NCBI GenBank assembly: GCA_051294905.1
Contig: CM119371.1
Span: 19,532,001 to 19,596,000 of the forward strand
DNA from: Botryllus schlosseri
Taxonomy: Eukaryota
Reading direction: 5' to 3'
DNA length: 64,000 nucleotides
This document shows positions 1-9,737 of this stretch, piece after piece. The position numbers and the translations under genes are program-made. Below the pieces are notes generated by a model. That model was not told the origin of the DNA. It worked only from the letters and a program-made list of their open reading frames with translations, and made no database searches. Within the stretch, counting starts at the first letter, position 1. Every line of letters starts with the position of its first letter.

Positions 1-619
1 CGCATTGCAAAGGACACCAAAAATCGCGTTGGATGGTGATATATCTGTGTTTCCATAGAACTCATTGCAATTTTAAATAGCTTTAATTGGGCGCGAATTG
101 AAATATTTAAGTATAGTCATACTATCGGGCAGTTTAAGCGCCCAACTCCAGACCCAACCAGGGCTGTATTTAAAACAAACGGCGTTTTATAATACTTTAT
201 TTAAATTAAAAGATGTTCTAAACAGTGTTTTGAAAATGCCATTTTATAAAAATTAAGTTGTTTTCTTTTCATTTCAAAAGATCATTGTGCCATAATTGTG
301 CGAATACCTTCGAAAAACATGTAGTGTAAGCATACGGACGAAATGCTCCCTAGATATAGATCATTGGTACGGTATGGATGATCTGATGATGATGATGACC
401 GCCGACCGTCAAAATGTTACATAACGATGTGGTATTAGTTAAAGATATTTTTGGTCTGTTTATGACAGGAGTCGGAAGCATTTTTCATATTTTTAATTCT
501 CAATGTCAATCCACTATGACGTCATAATTGAAGATTTGTCTCGTCATGGCAAAAAAATTAAGAAAACAATAAAAACATGTTTTAAAATAGAGCCATGCTT
601 TAAATATGTTGTTTTACAT

Positions 620-1065
620 CAGTGGTTCCCAACGTTTTTCAACCCACGTACCATTTCGAGGTTTTATGCAGTGCTCGCGTACCCCCTACATAAGTTACTC
701 GCGCCGAACGTGGTCAAAAAGTGTACCCACAGAAGATAATCTGCCCATTTTAGGGCGCAATATATGATTTCTGTAGTGGATCTATTTGGAATTCTTGTGG
801 TCAAATATATGAAAACGGAATTTGGTTAGGTGAGAATCCGAATGCTTTATGACTAAATCTCGTCCCATTAGGCCGTCCTCGGTGGGATTGCCCCTACCCA
901 CGACGAGGACGTTACAACGGCGACGACGGTTTCAAGAAACTCAAAATCAACCCCACCTGAACTAATAACTCCTTTCGGTCAAAAAAAAAAGAACCTACTC
1001 GCGTACGACTTGGAAGACCTTCGCGTACCACTAGTGGTACGCGTACCACAGGTTGGGAACCACTG
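620..1065. mobile_element. hAT-type MITE
   Basis: TIRs CAGTGGTTCCCAAC...GTTGGGAACCACTG; 8-bp TSD ttttacat/ttttaaat (1 mismatch); related partial copy at ~48234-48970. Confidence 0.8.
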
Positions 1066-1718
1066 TTTTAAATAGAACAGAGTCTCGCCAAGCGTTCCAT
1101 ACACTTGAACTTCCTATGGATTTCAGGATTCGGACGTGTCGGTCGTAACAAAGAAGAAGACCGACCCACAAGATCGACAACATCAGGCGCAATTTTAGAT
1201 ATATCACAATCGCAAACTATACCTCTCAAAATGGAGATCAATCGTGACCATTTCTGTAGAAAGAGTGGAAGTCCGAACCGCGCGATGTCAGCAGAGACTC
1301 ACAACACCAAGGCCTCAATAAGAGATAAGATTCGTCCATTTTAACCCGACATAATACCGGATATTGCGGGTTAAATCTGCAATGCTGGTTGGGTGTAATG
1401 GGTGTAATGGCGACGGATTGCTGACATTTCGTTTGACTATGGAGCATTTTCAACGAGCATACCTGTGATTACCCATATATAGACTATATGTCATTGAAGC
1501 TGTCAGGAATCCTGTCGTTATTATTGCGATATCAGGCGTACTAACTATCAGTTCACTACAGTGTCTGTCGAAGAACTTGCTATATCGTCAAATACAATAA
1601 TGTAAGAAGGCTTATTGCAATCAAATCCTATGGTGCACAAGATCATTATAGTCGAGCACCCAAACCCTACATCAACTGCTTTTCTCAGATTTATACAGTG
1701 ATCTGTTCATGCAATGTT

Positions 1719-1724
1719 TTTATT
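1719..1724 (-). promoter_or_regulatory. Polyadenylation signal AATAAA of G1 (equivalents at 30425-30430 and 49195-49200)
   Basis: AATAAA ~70-80 nt after the stop codon, kept at the same position in G1, G3 and G4. Confidence 0.6.
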
Positions 1725-1795
1725 CGCACAAATTCCTTCAATACATTACCATATACAAAAGGTCATGTATTCGTTATGATGCCGGAGCGCTGCGG

Positions 1796-3802
1796 TCAGC
1801 CTTCAGTGAGAATCGGTTTCATCGGGGAAAGAGTCCGTGGGCAAACTAATCCTGGGAATTTGCAAAGCTTGCGAACCAATTCCTGAAAAGTAAATTATCC
1901 AGTGCCTAATTGACTAGGTTATTCCATGATGACGTCAATGCGTAATGGATTCATAAGCGGAGGTGTTCAAAGTAGGTGCTGGGGTAGATTTACAAGAAAA
2001 ACCACGAAATACATCTCGATTAGGAGCAGAAGTAGCAATTTCCAGGTTTTAAAAATAGATTTGGTCGTTGCGTCATATACTTTTAGCAGTTAATCGGAAG
2101 TAGCTACATTGACTGACGCACAATGACCAATGACACTATGCTAACAGGTATACGATTCTTTAAAATATATTCAGATACCATGATAGAAGGACTATATTCC
2201 GCACAGCTGTCATTAAAATTTCAAGCATAACATTGATGAAAGCATCTCCTAAAAATACTTTCTGTTGAAAGTGAGTAGTTTTGCCGAAGAAAACTGTAAT
2301 CCGAAGTGGAAGTATTCTACACACATTACTACTTGACTTAGTAGTAATAATGAGCAAAAATATTTTAGGAAGAATGAGTACTTCGATAACATAATTCCCT
2401 CTGGGTATAAACATAAGTAATACCTTAACCCGGTACTTGATTAAAACAATGTATAAAAGAGGTGATTCAAGTTGTCACGTGACTACATAGTGCACTTAGT
2501 GCAAAAAGTTAGTATGAAAAGTATTCAAGTATGTTGTTGAAGGAGTAGATTGGGACGAGGGAAGTAAGTAGTGGGAAAAGATTAAACCCATCTGAGTACT
2601 TTGAACATGTAGCAATACTATATTATCGACCACCTCCGGACTGGACATACGCAATATGCAATATGCATATAGGCTACATCGGGAGAGTATCAAACGGTAC
2701 GTTTGTATTTTGCACTATACTGACATAAGTCTGATAGCTTTGACTTACCAATTGGTTCTTTGTCAGACAGTACCCAGATCTAGTGGTGATTGGGATGATT
2801 GGAAGAACTATTTTCGTTGATGGGTAAGATGTACTTCCGCGGCAGAGAGGACCCACTTGGCAGACCAATCCTTTTCTGCGGTCGCATCGTCCGTATCGGT
2901 TGAATAAACCACCACAGCGTTCGTATTGTTTCTTAGGTCTGACGCACACGTAGCAGCAACTGAAACGATAAATATATTGTTGATTCAGAAACCAAGATAT
3001 AGTTTTTTTGTTAGTGACAAGAAGGCAACAATACGCAGATGTATTCAAAATAATCATTGACGTGCCTATGCTCAACACATGCTACATCAGCGGCGGGCAA
3101 TATACAGACCCGGCCAGCGACAGAATTTCGATCTGCCTCCTCAGAGAGTTTTACCCTGAAAGTGAATTTCTAATATGAAAGTTATGACAAACTGTAAGCG
3201 TCACTGAATAAATCCAAGTTTGAGAAAGATGGTCATGAAACTATGTCCTGTTCGGGTCTACATACAATTGCCGGCAAACATTTTCGACCACGAACATATT
3301 GACAATGCAAAGCAGCGATCCAATGTAACTGATGTTCACGTGCAGTTTTTACTAAAGGTTCTATATACGATATTCAGCCGGAGTTCAAAGAGCTTATTGA
3401 GAACTTTGATCGACTACAGATATCTGATTGACTTTAATAGCTCTTAAAGTAAATTACGGTAAATACTGTTTTGGTCTCTGTGCTTTAAATTTAAAGTTTA
3501 ACTTTAATACGTTTTATTCCTTGTATAGGTGGATAAAAGCTCGATTAATGTATCGATTCCGGGACCCCCCGAGCACCCCACGTCATTTCCCCACATCAGT
3601 CCCGCCGACCGGAGAAGTTTCCGGCCCTTATGCTACATGCTAACAGCACCTACCCGCATCTGTCCTTTTCGAGAATCTTTCCTTGTGGACATTTCGGTCT
3701 TGGACAGGACCTGGTACATGGCGCTCAACTCAGTGATTTCGATGGTGATGCTCCATGCACTGCACCGACGTAAAACAAAACGACGAGACACAAAGTATTC
3801 AT
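1796..3802 (-). pseudogene. G1: secreted IGFBP(IB)-domain Cys-rich protein paralog with in-frame TGA at codon 26; exons 3802-3654, 2959-2749, 1882-1796 (148 codons)
   Basis: Spliced product MNTLCLVVLFYVGAVHGASPSKSLS*APCTRSCPRPKCPQGKILEKDRCG|CCYVCVRPKKQYERCGGLFNRYGRCDRRKGLVCQVGPLC...SGYCLTKNQL|ELVRKLCKFPGLVCPRTLSPMKPILTEG; GT-AG sites intact (phases 2 and 0); TGA at 3727-3725 aligns with TGC in G3 and G4. Confidence 0.8.
3088..3450 (+). mobile_element. Decayed hAT (Buster/GTF2IRD2-like) transposase C-terminal fragment in intron 1; homologous copies at ~31785-32000 and ~51181-51520
   Basis: Translations such as LLVLFRSTYICEQTFSTM...RSNVTDVHVQ resemble the hAT dimerisation-domain motif FxSTYxCEQxFS. 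Confidence 0.65.
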
Positions 3803-4760
3803 AATCTCAGCTCCCAATATTATAAAACTATTCTACAAATATAGATCTATTTCAGATATATTTCTACCTCGCATGATAACAAATTGGCCCTAGCGACTAA
3901 TAGCGTTAGCTGCATATTGGTTTGATATCATGTCGGCCGTCGAACACAAGTATGGAGAACAAATAAGATATGGTGATTGGCTAGCGCCGGGGCTTTGGCA
4001 AGCAGAAATATATCTAGATACGAACTGTTTGTTTGTATTCTCCTGCAACCAGATGGCCTACGTGACAAAGTGATACGTTTTGGAGTAATCAAGTATGTTT
4101 CGTTTTGGAGTACTCAGGTATGTTTCGTCTTGGCAGGAATCAGCGAAATGGACGGTTTCTGTCTCTACAGTATGCATGACATTCCGCTGTATTATCGTTG
4201 CATGTTGGCATAACCACATGACTTAGATCAGGGGTGGGCAAACTACGGCCCGCGGGACGCATGCGGCCCGCAACACCGTTCTGTGCGGCCCGCGAGAGTC
4301 AAAATAGTATTGAAAATATTGATAAAATGAGTACTAAATATCGAAATAATGCAGGAGGCGCGCATCTGAAAGGGGGCGCGAAGCTGAGCTGGAAAAATTT
4401 TTCGCACTCCGCGCGATTTACACCCAAATCCTTATGATTGATCTATATTTAGTAGGAATTTCATATATAAAATCTCTCATCCACAGTCGTAACCTTCCAT
4501 GCCATCAAACTAGCCGTTAGGTTTGCTAGCATCCTACATGGTTGCGTTTTGTGATATGACGATAAGGGGGCTCGAAATCTTTTACCATCATAGGTGGGGG
4601 GGGGGCGGCATGTCTTGGGAAAGTTTGAGAACCACTGTTCTAAGGTAAATTCTTCCTATATTGTTTTTATGTTTAATTTCTGGCGCGACCATCTCAAGGC
4701 CCATACGCAGTTTGAAAGGTTTCAACTGCTAAACATCACAGAAATCCTAAACGAGATTGA

Positions 4761-5216
4761 TATAACGCAGAGCGAATGTTTGTAGTTGTTATAATTGTAT
4801 ATCTGACTCCAGAAGGTTGCGTTTACAATTCGCTGCGTGTTCTTCTTTCGTTCGACGGACCGGCGTAACCGGGACGTACGGCCTTGTTGGCTGACATACC
4901 ACGAAGCCTGTCTATTGCACACGTATTCGATGGATCACACTGACGAATATATTTTGTTTCCGTCTCCACGACTTGTAACTTTATTGAATCACGTACGGCA
5001 ATGCCACGGACTTCCGAATCAGCGAAATATCATGAATGAATGACCGTCTCTCATAGCCACGAGAGAGTACATGCACAAATTGTTATCTACGTTCACACGA
5101 CAAAATATACGACTCACAAAGGTCTTATCAGGTTTCAGTTCAGGGAATTACGTAAGGTTTACCAACTCCTTATCGAATAATATTTAAATGGTGCTATACC
5201 AATATACTCCGTTAAA
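4761..5216 (-). repeat. Gypsy 3' LTR (456 bp)
   Basis: Near-identical to 13077-13535 (about 7 substitutions plus one 3-bp indel by eye). Confidence 0.95.
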
Positions 5217-5217
5217 A

Positions 5218-5233
5218 GTTCCCCCTTCCCACC
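5218..5233 (-). promoter_or_regulatory. Polypurine tract of the Gypsy element
   Basis: GGTGGGAAGGGGGAAC on the minus strand immediately before the 3' LTR. Confidence 0.8.
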
Positions 5234-6314
5234 AAAAGAACTTGGTGTAAAAAAAACGAGTATATTGGTCAATATCTCAAACCTAGGGTCATACAACATA
5301 TGGACTGGGGCTAATCATAGGGACTGGAGACAGGAAACGATTTTATATGCAGGGGCAAAAGTAAACTAATGAAACGAAATACCATCCAAGCGTGGCATTC
5401 GGAAACCCTATTTTACCTAACCATCCCGGGATGACACGAAATCACACTATTACGCCCTAGAGGCAACTGAAACACAGATCAACAATAGTGTTCAAACAAA
5501 ACAAAGAAATAAAATACATAATTTAACCAGCACAAAAGCGGTACCACCGTGACATCAACGGTCACTACGCAAGCAACAACAACATTATATCACCAATAAA
5601 ATAAAATAAAATAAACATAATAATTAGCCCAAAAGCGATACCATAGAGACATTCACGATCTCATTGCTTGCAATAACATACCATTATTAAACACAAATGC
5701 AGAACTAAAATATTAATATCACAAAAGCGGGACAACGGATACCTTATCGGTCCCTTCGCATGCAAAACACAAGTTAATGAAAATTAATAATAAAGATCAA
5801 CAAAATGAAACACAATACAATGCGATTCATAGACGAAACCAGTCTATAGGTACTGACGAAAGCCATCAACGTGTATGCAAGGTCAACACCATAATTCATC
5901 CAGCAAACATGCTTCAAAACCCACAGAACATGCTATTCACTGTCATCAATCACTTCTTCTACTTCCTCATTATAACTGTTAACCCGTCCAGCGGGAAAAG
6001 CAATCATTCCTACCAAATCCGTGTTGCTCGTACGTCTACGTAACAACAGAGGGCTGGTGACAATCCAACAATCCTTCTACAGTGACCATTTCAAATATGA
6101 CGCACTACTCCGTGAAGCATAAGCGGGCATACACGAGCCTAACATTCTGAAGTCCGCACATATTACTACAACGCATACTTTAGCAACGAGCTTCGGTGAC
6201 CCCACCTTACATTCTATGACGGGAGTCACAACATGATGCAGCAATCCTGCATTTACACAACATATCAATGTATAAGGCACAATTTTCATCACGCATATCT
6301 TCATTCTACGCGAT

Positions 6315-7886
6315 TTAATGCAACACGTAATCATTCAAATGTCTTGGTCTAACAATTCGTCTCCCTCTGGACGTATATCTTGGACTTGACTCGTTGAGAG
6401 TTCTGCCTTCATTACATGTTTGGGTCTTAGATTTGGATTCATGCCCATTATTATCGCGATCGACATCCACAGGTAAGCATTCAGAGATACGCTCTCGGGA
6501 CGCGCTACCAATACTACTCGGACAGTCGCTCTCGCTGTCATCACTACCGGACGAAATTACACCTGCGTCAACCGGATTAGCCGCGGAATTTAGTACCGAT
6601 TCGTCCGCATCAACGGGCGGAAACTGCTGAACGAAATCATCGAACGCGTCGTTATCTACATCAAATGGTGGAAAGTAACACACTTTCAGTCTGTCAATCG
6701 ACACGATTTTCTCTTTCCACTTAATCAACAAAGTGAAGGACTTCCCCGATTTCGATCTCTCGATTACCTTGTAAGGACCCACATACCAGAAATCAAAAGC
6801 GGTCTTTTTACCCCTCTCGTTTTTTACATAAACATGTGAACAAACCATGAGATCCGGCGGAACGTACGCATTTACATTGGTTCGTATGTTGGACTTATTG
6901 AAATTCAAGTTCTCGAAAAATTCCCGTACATCACAAAGCACCTCTGCTTGACTATTCTTGAACTTATTCGGGTCATATTCAAAATAGGTTCCAGGTAACC
7001 GCACATTTTCCCCATATGTCATTTCCGCCGCGGAATAATCATACCCCTCGCGCACAGAGGCATTCAATGACAAAATCACAAAAGGCAATAGCCTATCCCA
7101 GGCCGCGGGATTATTAGCGCACCGCAAACCGCGCTTTATCCGCCGAATCCCCGTCTCGGAGATCGAATTCTGCTGTGGTGAAAGTGCCAACGAAAATGAA
7201 TGTTTACATTCAAGGACCGACATGAACTTTTCCCATTCATACGAAGTAAACACTGAGCCCCGGTCTGACCTTATAACCATAGGTGCTCCACGATCCTTTA
7301 CAAAACCATCAATCAAAGCACGGATCACTGTGTCGGTATCTTGTCTTTTCATGGGGACTGCATTAGTATAATTTGTGACACGATCAACGATTATAAGAAA
7401 ATATCGATTACCATCTTCCGTTTCACGAAGCGGACCAGCGATGTCAATTGAAATGTCGACATTACGATCACTACGGCGCGGCACATGTTTTAAAGCGGAA
7501 CGCACATGACGAATTATTTTGCTTTTGCTACACATCGGACACGCCCGCACAGATTCTCGTAACCAACGATCCATGTCAGGGAACACGTAATGCCGTTTAG
7601 CGAATGCCAACGTCGCACGAATACCGGGATGCGACAACGAATGCACATGTTCAAACAACTCACGCCTCATATGACGTGGAACCCACACTCGTGGAATTAC
7701 AGACGACCTCTGTGATTTAGCGTCTACATCTGGGACGTGACAAATCACGCCCATCTCACACCCGACCAACTTCAACTCTATCAACTTCAAACCAGTCTCA
7801 CTCAAAGTACGCTCACGAAATTCTGCCAATTCCTTGTCTTGCCTCTGTGCAACTGCAATACGCTTTATAAAATCAGGCTTCAAGCC
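6315..7886 (-). CDS. pol: Gypsy pol, integrase part (HHCC zinc finger, DDE core, GPY/F module)
   Basis: HSLSHPG...CPMC, IDIAGPL, RSDRGSVF, WYVGPYKV; same frame as the upstream RT ORF, separated by a single TAG at 7889-7887. Confidence 0.93.
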   Translation of the reverse strand, partial: GLKPDFIKRIAVAQRQDKELAEFRERTLSETGLKLIELKLVGCEMGVICHVPDVDAKSQRSSVIPRVWVPRHMRRELFEHVHSLSHPGIRATLAFAKRHYVFPDMDRWLRESVRACPMCSKSKIIRHVRSALKHVPRRSDRNVDISIDIAGPLRETEDGNRYFLIIVDRVTNYTNAVPMKRQDTDTVIRALIDGFVKDRGAPMVIRSDRGSVFTSYEWEKFMSVLECKHSFSLALSPQQNSISETGIRRIKRGLRCANNPAAWDRLLPFVILSLNASVREGYDYSAAEMTYGENVRLPGTYFEYDPNKFKNSQAEVLCDVREFFENLNFNKSNIRTNVNAYVPPDLMVCSHVYVKNERGKKTAFDFWYVGPYKVIERSKSGKSFTLLIKWKEKIVSIDRLKVCYFPPFDVDNDAFDDFVQQFPPVDADESVLNSAANPVDAGVISSGSDDSESDCPSSIGSASRERISECLPVDVDRDNNGHESKSKTQTCNEGRTLNESSPRYTSRGRRIVRPRHLNDYVLH

Positions 7887-9737
7887 CTATGGCACAACAA
7901 ATTCATTAATCTCGACACGAGACAAACAATCGGAAACAGAATTGAAAATACCGCGAATACATGTAGATTTATTTACAAAGTAATTAATGTATTCAAGAAA
8001 CCGAAACATCGCTGGATCAGCACACTCTTTTGGGTTGATAATCATCTTGGCCAACACCTGACAGTCTGTGACCAAACTCACTGACCTGCCCATGCAAAAA
8101 TCTCGAAAATGCTGCAGAGCCATGAATACAGCATATGTCTCTCTCTTCACCGCTGACCACTTTCGCTGAGACGCAGTTAAACTCTTGCTGAAGAAAGCCA
8201 GGGGCACATACCTGCCGTTCTGGTACTCGTTGATAACTGCACCCACTGCGACCTGACTCGCGTCCGTCGCAAGCTGTATAGGCCCTTGAAATGTTGGAAA
8301 AGCCAAGCTCGCCGTCTCTATCAAAGCTGCCTTGATCTGCTCAAATGCCTTCTGCGCCGCACTGGACCATTTAAGCTTACTTCGAGCACTTGTTCCTTTC
8401 AATAAATCGTAGAGCGGCTGCATAATCGCTGAGCAATTCTTGATGTTTCTCGAATAATAATTAACCATGCCGATCATACGCCTCACCTCGCGAACAGTCT
8501 TTGGCACTGGAAATTTCACAATCGCCTCAACTCGTCTGGGATCTGGTCTGATGCCATCCTTGTCAATCAAAAACCCCAAAAATCGAACTGACTCTGCTCC
8601 AAATTTACACTTCTCAATAGACAACGAAAGGGACTCACTCTTCAATTTCTCAAAAATTACCCGCAACGTCTCCAAATGAGACTTCTCGTCCGGCGTTGCT
8701 ACAACAATATCATCACAATACAGAAAAGTGTTAGGAATGTCACCAAGCAACTCGTAAGCCAATTTACACCATTGATCTCCACTGGACCGAAAACCGAACG
8801 GACACACATTGTACTGAAATTTACCGATTTCTTTAGCATAAAACGCAGTCAAATGGCGGTCTGACTCTGCCACTTCAATGTTATGATACGCGCTCGCTAT
8901 ATCAAGAGTGGAAAAAACTTTGGCCCCTGCCATTTGCGTTCGCATCGATGCAATATTCGGCAGTGGATAACATTGAGGGACCACATGCGAATTCAAATAC
9001 CGATAATCGATGCACAACCGTACACCAGGAGGTTTCCCCTCAACGTGACCCTGCTTTGGAACACACACGATCGGCGAGCAAAAATCTGAATCCGATTTTG
9101 AAATGATACCGCGCTCCAACATTTCTTTAATCTGCCGCCGGACCTCAAACAAATACTGCGGTGGGATCGACCGTGGTTTTGGAGACTTTAAATAACCGAA
9201 CGTTTTTATTCTCATGACATGTTTCATATCGCGCCGTTTCACAGGTTGCCGGACCAAAATCTCCGGAAACTCTTTAAGTAAATCAGCATACGGCGTGCGT
9301 TCACTTGCATCAATATGCGCGACAATAGACGAAAATTTATCTTGAGACAATTTAATAACAACACTGCGGTCACGCGTTGCGAGCTCATCAAGCTCCGGAT
9401 CCAGAATTAACTTATGCTTTTTCATGAAATTCCAACCCAATATAGGCTTAGACACTTCCGTTATCACAAAAGGACATTCAAGTGGTTCATTATCACCGAA
9501 CTGCAACATCAAAGTTTTAGTACCATACGCATTAATCACAGAACCATTTGCTCCCCGAAATTGCCATTTCGGCGTATAATGCCGAATCACGTGTTCACTA
9601 GCTGGTAAATTAGAAATCATGGAACCACTGTCACTCAAGAAATTCAAACCATTTAACTTATCAAACGCATAAGCCAGATACTCAAAATCAAAAGAATTAA
9701 TACTTGGAACACTCGAACGAAGGCCACTGCCATGTAG
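7887..9737 (-). CDS. pol: Gypsy pol, protease-reverse transcriptase-RNase H part
   Basis: FLSDSGS protease motif; RLCIDYR, LDIASAYH, PFG and YCDD RT motifs; ATDASQVAVGA RNase H; frame is open back to 9737, just after the gag TGA. Confidence 0.95.
   Translation of the reverse strand, partial: LHGSGLRSSVPSINSFDFEYLAYAFDKLNGLNFLSDSGSMISNLPASEHVIRHYTPKWQFRGANGSVINAYGTKTLMLQFGDNEPLECPFVITEVSKPILGWNFMKKHKLILDPELDELATRDRSVVIKLSQDKFSSIVAHIDASERTPYADLLKEFPEILVRQPVKRRDMKHVMRIKTFGYLKSPKPRSIPPQYLFEVRRQIKEMLERGIISKSDSDFCSPIVCVPKQGHVEGKPPGVRLCIDYRYLNSHVVPQCYPLPNIASMRTQMAGAKVFSTLDIASAYHNIEVAESDRHLTAFYAKEIGKFQYNVCPFGFRSSGDQWCKLAYELLGDIPNTFLYCDDIVVATPDEKSHLETLRVIFEKLKSESLSLSIEKCKFGAESVRFLGFLIDKDGIRPDPRRVEAIVKFPVPKTVREVRRMIGMVNYYSRNIKNCSAIMQPLYDLLKGTSARSKLKWSSAAQKAFEQIKAALIETASLAFPTFQGPIQLATDASQVAVGAVINEYQNGRYVPLAFFSKSLTASQRKWSAVKRETYAVFMALQHFRDFCMGRSVSLVTDCQVLAKMIINPKECADPAMFRFLEYINYFVNKSTCIRGIFNSVSDCLSRVEINEFVVP

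Noticed and set aside
2674..3078. Single-exon ORFs 2674-3078, 31394-31660, 50828-51064 and 51673-51879 as complete genes
   Set aside because: They are exons read into introns; conserved AG and GT(A)(A/G/T)GT sites define the real boundaries
4722..5043. Duplicated short ORFs (also 13053-13359)
   Set aside because: Identical only because they lie in the two LTRs; no coding features
5820..5870. GAAAC...GTC...CTGACGA as a hammerhead
   Set aside because: Stems I and II cannot be formed convincingly
6077..6334. Hydrophobic ORF after integrase as a possible env or accessory gene
   Set aside because: Only 85 aa, with no clear signal peptide, furin site or fusion motif
7887..7889. TAG between RNase H and integrase as programmed read-through
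   Set aside because: Context TAG-GGC and its position inside pol fit a copy-specific nonsense mutation better
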